Below are positions 18,429 through 26,270 of a stretch of 60,666 bases of DNA, piece by piece (within the stretch, counting starts at the first letter, position 1; the number at the start of each line of letters is the position of its first letter). The position numbers and the translations under genes were made by a program. The DNA comes from Gammaproteobacteria bacterium (GTDB lineage: Bacteria > Pseudomonadota > Gammaproteobacteria > GCA-001735895). The notes under the pieces are model-generated. The model searched no databases and had not been told where the DNA came from. It saw only the letters and a list, made by a program, of their open reading frames with translations. The stretch is taken from contig JBDNJA010000228.1 of NCBI GenBank assembly GCA_041688005.1, positions 1 through 60,666 on the forward strand, written 5' to 3'.

Positions 18429-20060
18429 ATGGATTGTTTACAGTATTTTTCACCTCAGCCGACCACCACCGATACGCCTGCTCGACTGCGTAATCCATTT
18501 GAAAATAACCCGCATCCACTCGCAATAACCGCTACCGAAATGCTCAAAAAAAAGCTTCGACAGGCATATCCAGAGTTTGATGTAGGTAAGATGTTTGGTG
18601 TGTTAGTGGTGTTAGATCAAGCGGGAAAAATTGGCTTTCTATCGAGTTTTTCAGGCATGTTAAATCAGCAGTGGCAAGCCGCTGGTTTTGTACCTCCCGT
18701 GTTTGATATTGATCAACAACAGTTATTTTTGGATGATGGGGCGATAACGGTAAACGGCTTAACCACAACGATTGAGCAGCAAACTCATTGCCCAGACTAC
18801 CTCACTGCAAGCGCTGATTATAATTGTCTTGAACAGCAGCAAAGCATGGCTTTGATCGGCTTGAAGGCGTTGCATAAAAGCCATAAAGAACAAAGAAAGC
18901 AACAAAGAATTCAAATAAAAGAAAAACTAGAGTTTGATGCTGACACCACTCAAAAAATGAAGCCGCTTGCACTGTTCAGCCAGCAAGATAAACGAGCGTA
19001 CTTACAGTTGAAGTTGCAGTCACAGGCCTTGCTAGATCAGGCTAATGCAAAGATCGACCAAGATCATCGAGATAGAATCACTCAGTTAAAAAAACAGCGA
19101 AGAGATCTGTCACAGCGACTTCATGATCAGGTATTTGATACCTATCAACTCAAAAATAGTCTGGGTGAAGTTTGTTCTATCCAGTCATTGTTCGATGGAA
19201 AAAAACCACCCAGCGGCACAGGCGATTGCGCAGCCCCAAAACTATTGCAGTTTGCATTTAACCATCAACTGAAACCCCTAGCTCTGACCGAGTTTTGGTG
19301 GGGTAAGCCGCCGGCCACCGGCGTTCGGCATCATGGAAACTTATATTCACCTTGTCGTGGAAAATGTCATCCAATTTTGCCTTTTATGCTAAATGGACTG
19401 GATATTGAGTCGTCTGACGATGTTTCAATACGAGAAACTTTAGAACCGACAATTGTGTATGAGGATACTGATATTGTCGTCATCAATAAACCAGCCGACC
19501 TGTTATCAATACCTGGCAAGGAAGAACACCATTCGGTATTGAGCTGGCTCAGAAAACAATACCCTGATGCGACTGGCGCGTTATTAGTACACCGTCTTGA
19601 CATGTCGACTTCGGGGTTATTACTAGCGGCGAAAACGGCTCAGGCGCATAAATATTTGCAAAAGCAATTCATTAACCGAACCGTACAGAAACGATATATA
19701 GCGGTATTGTCGAAAGTTATTAAGCATGGCAAAAAAGTAATCGACCTGCCATTACGAGTGGACCTTGAGGATAGACCGCGTCAGGTCGTTTGCTACGAGC
19801 ATGGCAAGGCTTCTGTGACGCGTATGGAGGTGATTTCTAACGACGCTGTTTCAACCCGAGTCTATTTTTATCCGGTGACTGGAAGGACTCATCAACTGAG
19901 AGTGCATGCGGCTCACTGTAACGGTTTAGCCGCACCAATCGTCGGCGATGATTTATATGGCACCCGGGGTGGGCGTTTGTTGTTGCATGCTCAGATGCTG
20001 ACATTTGATCACCCGACAACCGGCATTAAAATGGAGTTAATGACGCCAGCCCCTTTTTGA
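18429..20060 (+). CDS. RluA-family pseudouridine synthase with a roughly 335-aa N-terminal extension
   Basis: The C-terminal 200 aa carry the RluA catalytic motif HRLDMSTSGLLLAAKT and the THQLRVH block. The N-terminal extension has a coiled-coil segment and Cys motifs (GDCAAPK, PCRGKCH). The start lies 2 bp after the NYN gene stop. Confidence 0.8.
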   Translation: MDCLQYFSPQPTTTDTPARLRNPFENNPHPLAITATEMLKKKLRQAYPEFDVGKMFGVLVVLDQAGKIGFLSSFSGMLNQQWQAAGFVPPVFDIDQQQLFLDDGAITVNGLTTTIEQQTHCPDYLTASADYNCLEQQQSMALIGLKALHKSHKEQRKQQRIQIKEKLEFDADTTQKMKPLALFSQQDKRAYLQLKLQSQALLDQANAKIDQDHRDRITQLKKQRRDLSQRLHDQVFDTYQLKNSLGEVCSIQSLFDGKKPPSGTGDCAAPKLLQFAFNHQLKPLALTEFWWGKPPATGVRHHGNLYSPCRGKCHPILPFMLNGLDIESSDDVSIRETLEPTIVYEDTDIVVINKPADLLSIPGKEEHHSVLSWLRKQYPDATGALLVHRLDMSTSGLLLAAKTAQAHKYLQKQFINRTVQKRYIAVLSKVIKHGKKVIDLPLRVDLEDRPRQVVCYEHGKASVTRMEVISNDAVSTRVYFYPVTGRTHQLRVHAAHCNGLAAPIVGDDLYGTRGGRLLLHAQMLTFDHPTTGIKMELMTPAPF

Positions 20061-20139
20061 CTGTCCCTATTTTAACTCTTCCATTTTGAATCCAGTAGCA
20101 ATTTAAATATCCGCGTTGGGTTTCGTTCCTCGACCAAAC

Positions 20140-20991
20140 CTACCGTGCTGTAGGCTTAATACCCTCTATGCTGGCTGAAACAACATAGTCTGTCACATTA
20201 TGAGCAGGTGCCCAGTTGCGTATAAAATCTTTAGATTCATCTTTTGGTTGGATTTTTACATTGTCAAAACCTGCTGCTTTGATCATTGCTTCCAGGTCAT
20301 CAACTAATGATGCATTACCCATGCAACCTGCAATTAGCATCGGGTCGTTCTTCATCTCTTCAGGTAACTCAACTGTTGCAACCACATCAGAAATTGCCAA
20401 ACGGCCACCTGGTTTTAAAACACGAAATGCTTCTTTAAAAACCCGACCCTTATTCGGTGACAAATTGATAACACAATTTGAAAGAATGACATCTGCAGTA
20501 TTGTCCGCTATAGGTAAATATTCAATCTCACCCAAACGAAACTCGACATTTTTATATTTCCCCTTAGTGGCATTATTACGTGCCTTGCTCAGCATGTCAG
20601 GCGTCATATCCACACCAATAACATGTCCGCTTGAACCAACTTCTTGTGACGCTAGAAAGCAGTCAAATCCACCGCCAGCCCCCAAATCAATCGCAACTTC
20701 ACCTGCTTTTAATGAAGCAATCGCGCGTGGGTTCCCACAACCTAAGCCCATGTCTGCGCCATTTGGTACATTATCTATGTCATCTTCGCTGTATTCCATA
20801 CGTGTCGAAATAAGTGTGTTAATGGCACTATCATCTGAAACGCCACAGCAACTACTTTCAATTCCGTGTGCATCACCCTCATTGCTTGCATTTGCTACTT
20901 GCGTATACACATCACGTACATTTTGACGGTGATCATCGTGCTCTTTATGATTCATATTTGAACCTGAATTGGGTGTACAACATCCACTCAT
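20140..20991 (-). CDS. arsM: Arsenite S-adenosylmethionine methyltransferase
   Basis: SAM fold VAIDLGAGGGFD plus the conserved Cys set of ArsM (SSCCGV, LGCGNP, IAGCMG). It lies downstream of arsR. Confidence 0.8.
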   Translation of the reverse strand: MSGCCTPNSGSNMNHKEHDDHRQNVRDVYTQVANASNEGDAHGIESSCCGVSDDSAINTLISTRMEYSEDDIDNVPNGADMGLGCGNPRAIASLKAGEVAIDLGAGGGFDCFLASQEVGSSGHVIGVDMTPDMLSKARNNATKGKYKNVEFRLGEIEYLPIADNTADVILSNCVINLSPNKGRVFKEAFRVLKPGGRLAISDVVATVELPEEMKNDPMLIAGCMGNASLVDDLEAMIKAAGFDNVKIQPKDESKDFIRNWAPAHNVTDYVVSASIEGIKPTAR

Positions 20992-21030
20992 AATTGAATC
21001 CTCTCAAAATAAATGCTATTAACTAACTGA

Positions 21031-21336
21031 CTAACTAAAAAAAGCGCCAAGTTTCTTCAACGTTGTAGGCTCGATCCAACACTCCACCAACTTCCCGCGT
21101 CTTGCCATTTCAACCAGCCCAGCTCTGTTCAACTCTTTTAAATGATGTGAAAGAGTTGAAGGCGCAATATCTAAACCCTCACCTAATTCACCGACACAGA
21201 ATTTGACGACTTCCTCAGGACTGCATTTAGTGCCCGGTTCACAGCAAACCATCAGGCGCTGGAATAACGCAAGACGATTCGAATTGCTTAGCGCCTTAAA
21301 CATGCTGGCTTGATTTTCAATACTATAATTCGACAT
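21031..21336 (-). CDS. arsR: ArsR/SmtB-family metalloregulator
   Basis: The HTH is LSNSNRLALFQRL ... APSTLSHHLKELNRAGLV, and the Cys cluster is VCCEPGTKCS. The ATG at 21336 (MSNYSIENQ) is preferred over the 21390 start in the ORF track. Confidence 0.85.
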   Translation of the reverse strand: MSNYSIENQASMFKALSNSNRLALFQRLMVCCEPGTKCSPEEVVKFCVGELGEGLDIAPSTLSHHLKELNRAGLVEMARRGKLVECWIEPTTLKKLGAFFS

Positions 21337-21354
21337 ATGTCGAATTATAGTATT
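21319..21354. promoter_or_regulatory. 36-bp perfect palindrome centred on the arsR start codon (candidate ArsR operator)
   Basis: AATACTATAATTCGACAT|ATGTCGAATTATAGTATT is its own reverse complement over 36 bp. The arsR ATG is part of the dyad centre. Confidence 0.6.
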
Positions 21355-21625
21355 TTGAATTTCGCTTGTCAAATACTTTACTCTACACAAAAGAGTTGAT
21401 AATCTTTAATTGGAAGCTGGAAACGAATGACTGAATTTTGATGAGTACGATTTTCTATGAGTAGACCTGATAAGCCTCGGGCGCCATCAGGTGCGAAGGT
21501 TCAGATACAACCCAATAAACAAAAAAACACTCGTAACAATCTGTTGTGAGGGAGTAATGCATTGAGAGTTTGCCGGAAGGCGCTTCGCTTTTCCGGCCTA
21601 CAAAAATCAACGCTTTCGGTCGGGT

Positions 21626-21726
21626 GACGATATCCACTTCGGTCAGATTCAAACTGGTGCCGCCTGCTTTTAGGCTGATTAGGAATAAATTAACGCCCCT
21701 ACGTGAAAGCGTTGAATCGCTTCGTC
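21626..21726 (-). pseudogene. 101-nt degenerate copy of part of the SNF2 helicase gene (codons about 982-1015)
   Basis: It aligns by eye to 22779-22880 at roughly 85 percent identity with a 1-nt indel that breaks the frame (DEAIQRF... LNLTE.D). Similarity stops abruptly at both ends. Confidence 0.75.
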
Positions 21727-21741
21727 AACATTCAGATTATT

Positions 21742-22023
21742 TTAAAACACGCTGCCTTGTCGCTCATCCCAAAGGCGCAACACTTCTATTTGCGTTTCGG
21801 TGACACGGTAGATCAACGAAAAAGGCGTGTGCTTAATATGAAATTCCAACACGTCTTTATGCGCCTCAGATACATGACCAATATAGGGATTGGCCGCCAG
21901 TAATACTTGTATGGATCTAAGACTATCACGCGCTTTGTTTCTACCAGCGGGAAAAACTGAGCGATAATAACCTCTGAACCACGTAATATCTTGCGCAGCG
22001 CTCCTTAGATAAACAATTTTCAT
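21742..22023 (-). CDS. ParE/RelE-family type II toxin
   Basis: The 93-aa sequence MKIVYLRSAAQDI...NPYIGH...FSLIYRVTETQIEVLRLW fits the ParE pattern. It overlaps the upstream antitoxin gene by 4 nt (ATGA). Confidence 0.75.
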   Translation of the reverse strand: MKIVYLRSAAQDITWFRGYYRSVFPAGRNKARDSLRSIQVLLAANPYIGHVSEAHKDVLEFHIKHTPFSLIYRVTETQIEVLRLWDERQGSVF

Positions 22024-22304
22024 TGTTGTATGGTATTAATATCCGACTCAGGTATAGGCAGTTCATTGTCTGCATCCCAGCTGTCCACCCAGCTATTCAT
22101 CGCCTCTTGTGTAATAAACGTGCCTTTATCTGCTTCTACTAACGCAGCCTCAATGGCTTGGCGCTTAGCCTGCTTAGCTTGCAACATGCCTTTAATAGCG
22201 CGACTTGCTAGTTGTGCGGCGGGTCGGTCTTCGTATTGCGCTTCTTGTTCGAGAGCGGCTCGTAAGTCGTTATCTATGCGAAAGGTGTAGGGTGTGGTTG
22301 GCAT
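22020..22304 (-). CDS. Ribbon-helix-helix (CopG/ParD-like) antitoxin
   Basis: YTFRIDNDLRAALEQEAQYEDRPAAQLASRAIKGML is an RHH motif. The gene is translationally coupled to the ParE-like toxin. Confidence 0.7.
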   Translation of the reverse strand: MPTTPYTFRIDNDLRAALEQEAQYEDRPAAQLASRAIKGMLQAKQAKRQAIEAALVEADKGTFITQEAMNSWVDSWDADNELPIPESDINTIQQ

Positions 22305-22309
22305 TGGTT

Positions 22310-22507
22310 TTATGCTCCAGAACTGTATTCATTGTCTTGCAATGTATACAAATACCCATAAGACGTCAATTTTTCACCTAAAACATCCTTGGGAGGAACA
22401 ATGGGGTCGTGTCTTTGATTTGTGACTTCAGTGTAAAAGAACCCTATGTCAGCCTCATAGACCGCACTCCAGATGCACTTTTGATCGAGGTCAATGTCTT
22501 CAATCAC
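22310..22507 (-). CDS. Hypothetical 65-aa ORF (doubtful)
   Basis: I recognised no family. The GTG start lies inside a solo MITE terminus, and the ORF sits between the helicase stop and the antitoxin start. Confidence 0.25.
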   Translation of the reverse strand: MIEDIDLDQKCIWSAVYEADIGFFYTEVTNQRHDPIVPPKDVLGEKLTSYGYLYTLQDNEYSSGA

Positions 22508-22540
22508 GCCGAAAAGTGTGTTTTTAGAGATGTCCTAAAG
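22505..22540 (-). repeat. Solo MITE-like terminus overlapping the helicase stop codon
   Basis: The minus strand reads GGACATCTCTAAAAACACACTTTTCGGCGTGATTG, compared with the family left end GGTATCTCTAAAAATGCACTTTTTCCGCGATTGC. The helicase codons LGHL-stop are TTAGGACATCTCTAA. Confidence 0.6.
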
Positions 22541-25500
22541 GTGAGAATAGGTTTTGTAAGGTATGGGTGTCCAACATAGGTGTCTCATCTTTACTTTTTG
22601 TTGAGTAGATACCTTTTGCCAGTGAACGTTTCTTGTCTTGCATTGCGAGCATTTTTTCTTCGACGCTGCCGCTAACCATTAACCGATAAATAAATACGGG
22701 TTTATCCTGGCCGATGCGGTGGGCGCGATCAATCGCCTGTGCTTCGACTGCAGGATTCCACCAGGGGTCGTAGAGTATGACTGTATCTGCCTCGGTCAGA
22801 TTTAAGCCGGTGCCGCCCGCTTTTAGACTGATTAGGAATAAATTAACCTCTCCTTCGCGAAAGCGTTGAATCGCTTCGTCGCGTTTGATAGTTTGCCCGG
22901 TGAGTTTAGTGTATCCGATATTGTATTTTTTTAGTTCGTCTTCGATCAACGTCAGCATCGATGTGAATTGAGAGAATAAAATAATACGTCGTCCTTCTTC
23001 GATCTGTTCGGGCAGTAGGTCCATGAGCAGTGATAACTTGGCCGACTGGGTGACTTTTTTGGCCTGATTGAGCTTCAACAGACGCGGATCACAGCACACC
23101 TGACGTAGTTTTAGCAATGCATCGAGAATGGTGATATGACTTCGCGCTAGTCCCTGAGTTTTGATTGCTTCACGGACACGCTTGTCCATCGAGAGTCGAA
23201 TGCTTTCGTACAGTTCCGCTTGGTTACCTTCTAGCTCGACCGTTTGTAGAATCTCTGTCTTTGGTGGAAGTTCGGAGGCAACATCATCTTTTTCGCGACG
23301 CAATAAAAAGGGTTGCACCCGTTGTGCCAGTTTTTGTTGTTTTTCAATGTCACCGTGGACTTCAATCGGGGTACGATATTGCTTTTTGAATGTGTTGCTG
23401 TCACCGAGAAATCCTGGCATCAAAAAGTCGAATAGTGACCAAAGTTCGCCGAGGTGGTTTTCCATTGGTGTACCGGTCAGGCACAGACGATGTTCGCTGC
23501 GAAGCTGTCGCACGAGTCGAGCCATTTTAGTGTTCGGATTTTTGATTGCCTGAGCTTCGTCGAGGATAATGCTGTGATAGTGTTGAGCCTGTAATTGTTC
23601 GCTGTCACGTGACAGTAGCGGGTAGGTCGTGAGTAACAAATCACAGTTAGTCATATCATTAAAAAATTGGTGGCGCTCTGTGCCATGTAAAACAATCACG
23701 CGCAACGCAGGTGCGAAGCGTTCGGCTTCTCGCCGCCAATTACCCATGAGGCTGGTGGGCGCGACAACCAGTGCTGGTTTGTCGAGTCGACCCGCATTTT
23801 TTTCTACCAGCAGATGGGCTAACGTTTGTACGGTTTTACCTAAACCCATATCGTCGGCGAGTATGCCTGCAAAGCGATATTCACGTAAAAACTGTAACCA
23901 GTTCAGACCACTTTGTTGATAAGGGCGTAACTCGGCATTCAGCCCAGCGGGTAATTCAACGGTTTTAATACCGTCGAAATTTTTCATTTGTTTGGCCAGT
24001 TGACGTAAGTTTTCTGCCCCGCGTATGGCAGCACCTTGTTCGGCTAACTGATCGATGCTGGTGGCATCAAACCGAGATATGCGTAGCCGCCCATTGTCGT
24101 CAGGCAGGCGACTGAATAATTCCTGTAAGGTGCTCAAAAAGGGTTGAATACGTTCGTATGGCAATCGTATATAACGGTGTTGTTCAATCGGTAGTGTGAT
24201 GACTTCTGGCAGTTCGGCTGGATCGAGAGCGAGCAGTGGCGTGAGTAAAGGTGCGAGAGGCAGACTCTCATCGCCTATTTTTAAATCAAAGCGCAGGCTA
24301 AACCAGTCGTTGTCATTTTCATCAGCATCATCATCAATATGTGCTTCCCAATCAGCGGCTTCAAAGCGTAGGTGGAACTGCTCATCAATCTCAATTTGCC
24401 AATTTTCGTCGCGTAGAGCATCGATACCTTGCTCGATGAAATTGGCCCAACAGCCGCCATTGGCAATATTGTTGATGTCACTCAATGGCAACAGTCTCAG
24501 TGGCTGGGGTTTATTGCCAATAGGCTCACAGAGTTTAAATCCATAACCGATGAGTGTGTTAATGGCACGCTCTTCGGCTAAAGTATTTCGGTATAACCGA
24601 ACCCAATCGCCTTGACTGGAAAATGTACTTTGCTCATTAAATGGGAAGGCAGGTACGCGATCACCGTTGTAATCAAAGTCGAGTAACAAGCAGTGCTCTA
24701 GCGCGTGTCCCATGTGCTCGACACTAGTGAGTGTCAGGCAAGGATTCATCACGTCGCCCTCATTGTCTCGAATGTCGATTTCAGCCGGAAGTGGCAGTGC
24801 GAGCCTGGGATAGCTTTGGAGTAATTGCTGCGTCACGTTTTCAGCCTCGCCAGCCGGTATCTGGGGTGCTTGTGCTAACTCGATGAGTTGCTTTTGACTC
24901 CATTGTTGTACATCCAGTCTACCGGCATGTAATTGCTGTGTGTCTAAGTACATAACGGGCTCAGTGTTGAGTAATAGGCAGTGCTTAGCGAGATTATGTT
25001 GCAACGCTAAATCACCATTCTCTTGCGCTTCCCAGCCTAACTGCAATTGCTGTTGTTCACCGTTTTGTATGGGGGGGCCATCAGAGTTTTGCCAGTAGCA
25101 ACGACCACTCTCGAGCATTAACGTCAGTGCGGATGCACCCGCTCGTCCGCGGATAGCTGCGGGTGTATTCCAGTAACTATATTCTGTTGTGGTTTGCAAA
25201 AAAGCGGTGATATCACAATCGATAGGAAGCGTGTGAAAGTCACAATGGCGGTCATCAATATTGTGTAATGCGATTTCACGGCCTTTTACCAGACCCTTGC
25301 CGTTCTTGCGTTGGTGCGTGGCACGTATCGAAACGGATAGTTCGCGAGGCTTAAGCAAGCTTTGATTGTCGTGACGAGTACTCAGAATAAAAACCAGCCA
25401 GTCCTGGGTTTTCTGGGCCATTGGTGAGCGATAATCGCTTGCCGATTCAGTTAAATTTTCCAACCAACGAGACACTTTTCCTTGCTCCAGAATTTTTGGC

Positions 25501-25823
25501 TTACCTACCGGTATGGTGGGCAATGAGGGGGTCTCTATTTCTGCCTTGTACTCTAGGCAGGCGGCGACAACGTGCTTGCAATTATAGGCAACGGGACAGT
25601 CGCATTGACCGTCGATTTCGATATAACCGCCTTGAAAATCGACAAATACTGTCTGATTATAGATATTACCGCCGCTACCCAGTGTGCGACTAATGAGCTC
25701 TACGCCACGTTTAATCGCGTCGTAATCGAGTGAGAGTACTCGGCCCGATTTGAAGTATTCCTGGCCACGTGAGAAAGCGCTTTTACCACAGGCTTCGATA
25801 ATATTTTTTTGTTCGAATTTCAA
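22524..25823 (-). CDS. SNF2-family helicase/translocase with N-terminal SWIM zinc finger
   Basis: SWIM motif [19 protein letters not shown]2 motifs are [27 protein letters not shown] and the C-terminal helicase blocks [22 protein letters not shown] and [11 protein letters not shown]. It uses a TTG start. Confidence 0.9.
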   Translation of the reverse strand: MKFEQKNIIEACGKSAFSRGQEYFKSGRVLSLDYDAIKRGVELISRTLGSGGNIYNQTVFVDFQGGYIEIDGQCDCPVAYNCKHVVAACLEYKAEIETPSLPTIPVGKPKILEQGKVSRWLENLTESASDYRSPMAQKTQDWLVFILSTRHDNQSLLKPRELSVSIRATHQRKNGKGLVKGREIALHNIDDRHCDFHTLPIDCDITAFLQTTTEYSYWNTPAAIRGRAGASALTLMLESGRCYWQNSDGPPIQNGEQQQLQLGWEAQENGDLALQHNLAKHCLLLNTEPVMYLDTQQLHAGRLDVQQWSQKQLIELAQAPQIPAGEAENVTQQLLQSYPRLALPLPAEIDIRDNEGDVMNPCLTLTSVEHMGHALEHCLLLDFDYNGDRVPAFPFNEQSTFSSQGDWVRLYRNTLAEERAINTLIGYGFKLCEPIGNKPQPLRLLPLSDINNIANGGCWANFIEQGIDALRDENWQIEIDEQFHLRFEAADWEAHIDDDADENDNDWFSLRFDLKIGDESLPLAPLLTPLLALDPAELPEVITLPIEQHRYIRLPYERIQPFLSTLQELFSRLPDDNGRLRISRFDATSIDQLAEQGAAIRGAENLRQLAKQMKNFDGIKTVELPAGLNAELRPYQQSGLNWLQFLREYRFAGILADDMGLGKTVQTLAHLLVEKNAGRLDKPALVVAPTSLMGNWRREAERFAPALRVIVLHGTERHQFFNDMTNCDLLLTTYPLLSRDSEQLQAQHYHSIILDEAQAIKNPNTKMARLVRQLRSEHRLCLTGTPMENHLGELWSLFDFLMPGFLGDSNTFKKQYRTPIEVHGDIEKQQKLAQRVQPFLLRREKDDVASELPPKTEILQTVELEGNQAELYESIRLSMDKRVREAIKTQGLARSHITILDALLKLRQVCCDPRLLKLNQAKKVTQSAKLSLLMDLLPEQIEEGRRIILFSQFTSMLTLIEDELKKYNIGYTKLTGQTIKRDEAIQRFREGEVNLFLISLKAGGTGLNLTEADTVILYDPWWNPAVEAQAIDRAHRIGQDKPVFIYRLMVSGSVEEKMLAMQDKKRSLAKGIYSTKSKDETPMLDTHTLQNLFSPLGHL

Positions 25824-25856
25824 CTAACTACTACTCGTTAAGATGTTATGACTAAT

Positions 25857-26221
25857 GGGTGTCTCTAAAAATGTCTCTAAAAATGCACTTTTTCCGCGAT
25901 TGCCGCTTCACCGATTTTATGCTCCTGAAAAATCGACATACCGTACATCCTGTAAATTAAGTTCCGTGCTCGAATCCTCATGGTCAAAGTACACTCCGGT
26001 TCACGGCAATTGCTCCATGCATTGCCCTACCTCCTGCATTCATGCAGTCCCGCGCGGTGGTTACTCGGGCTTTTCGCCCTCGCCCTGCGGGCCAGACGTT
26101 GGCTGTTGTCTCCGCTGCGCTCCGGCTCCTTGCACTTATTGCCCTGGATAATGGTATGTATGCTGTTTTTGCAGGAGCAAAAAAACAGATCACGAAAAAA
26201 TCACTATTTTTAGAGACACCC
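25857..26221 (+). mobile_element. MITE-like palindromic repeat, copy 1 (365 bp)
   Basis: The ends are GGGTGTCTCTAAAAATG... and ...ACTATTTTTAGAGACACCC, and the arms are complementary. It has a GC-rich core, shares internal blocks with copies 2 and 3, and has no credible ORF. Confidence 0.8.
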
Positions 26222-26270
26222 AAAGCTACATTTTTTGTATGGATTCATTTTTTTGGCTTACTTTATCAGC

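Noticed and set aside
20216-20926. A 236-aa ORF antisense to arsM.
   Set aside because: It is fully embedded opposite a well-supported methyltransferase gene, has low-complexity Ser/Pro/Ala-rich composition, and carries no recognisable motifs. It is a typical shadow ORF.
21572-21597. The hairpin GCCGGAAGGCGCTTCGCTTTTCCGGC, considered as a REP element or terminator.
   Set aside because: It occurs only once in the window, the stem is imperfect, and no T-tract follows on either strand. There is not enough evidence to call a feature.
21455-21652. A 65-aa ORF beginning MNLTEVDIV.
   Set aside because: Its first residues are just the decayed helicase fragment (LNLTE.D.V) read through into unrelated sequence. 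It is part of the pseudogene, not a gene.
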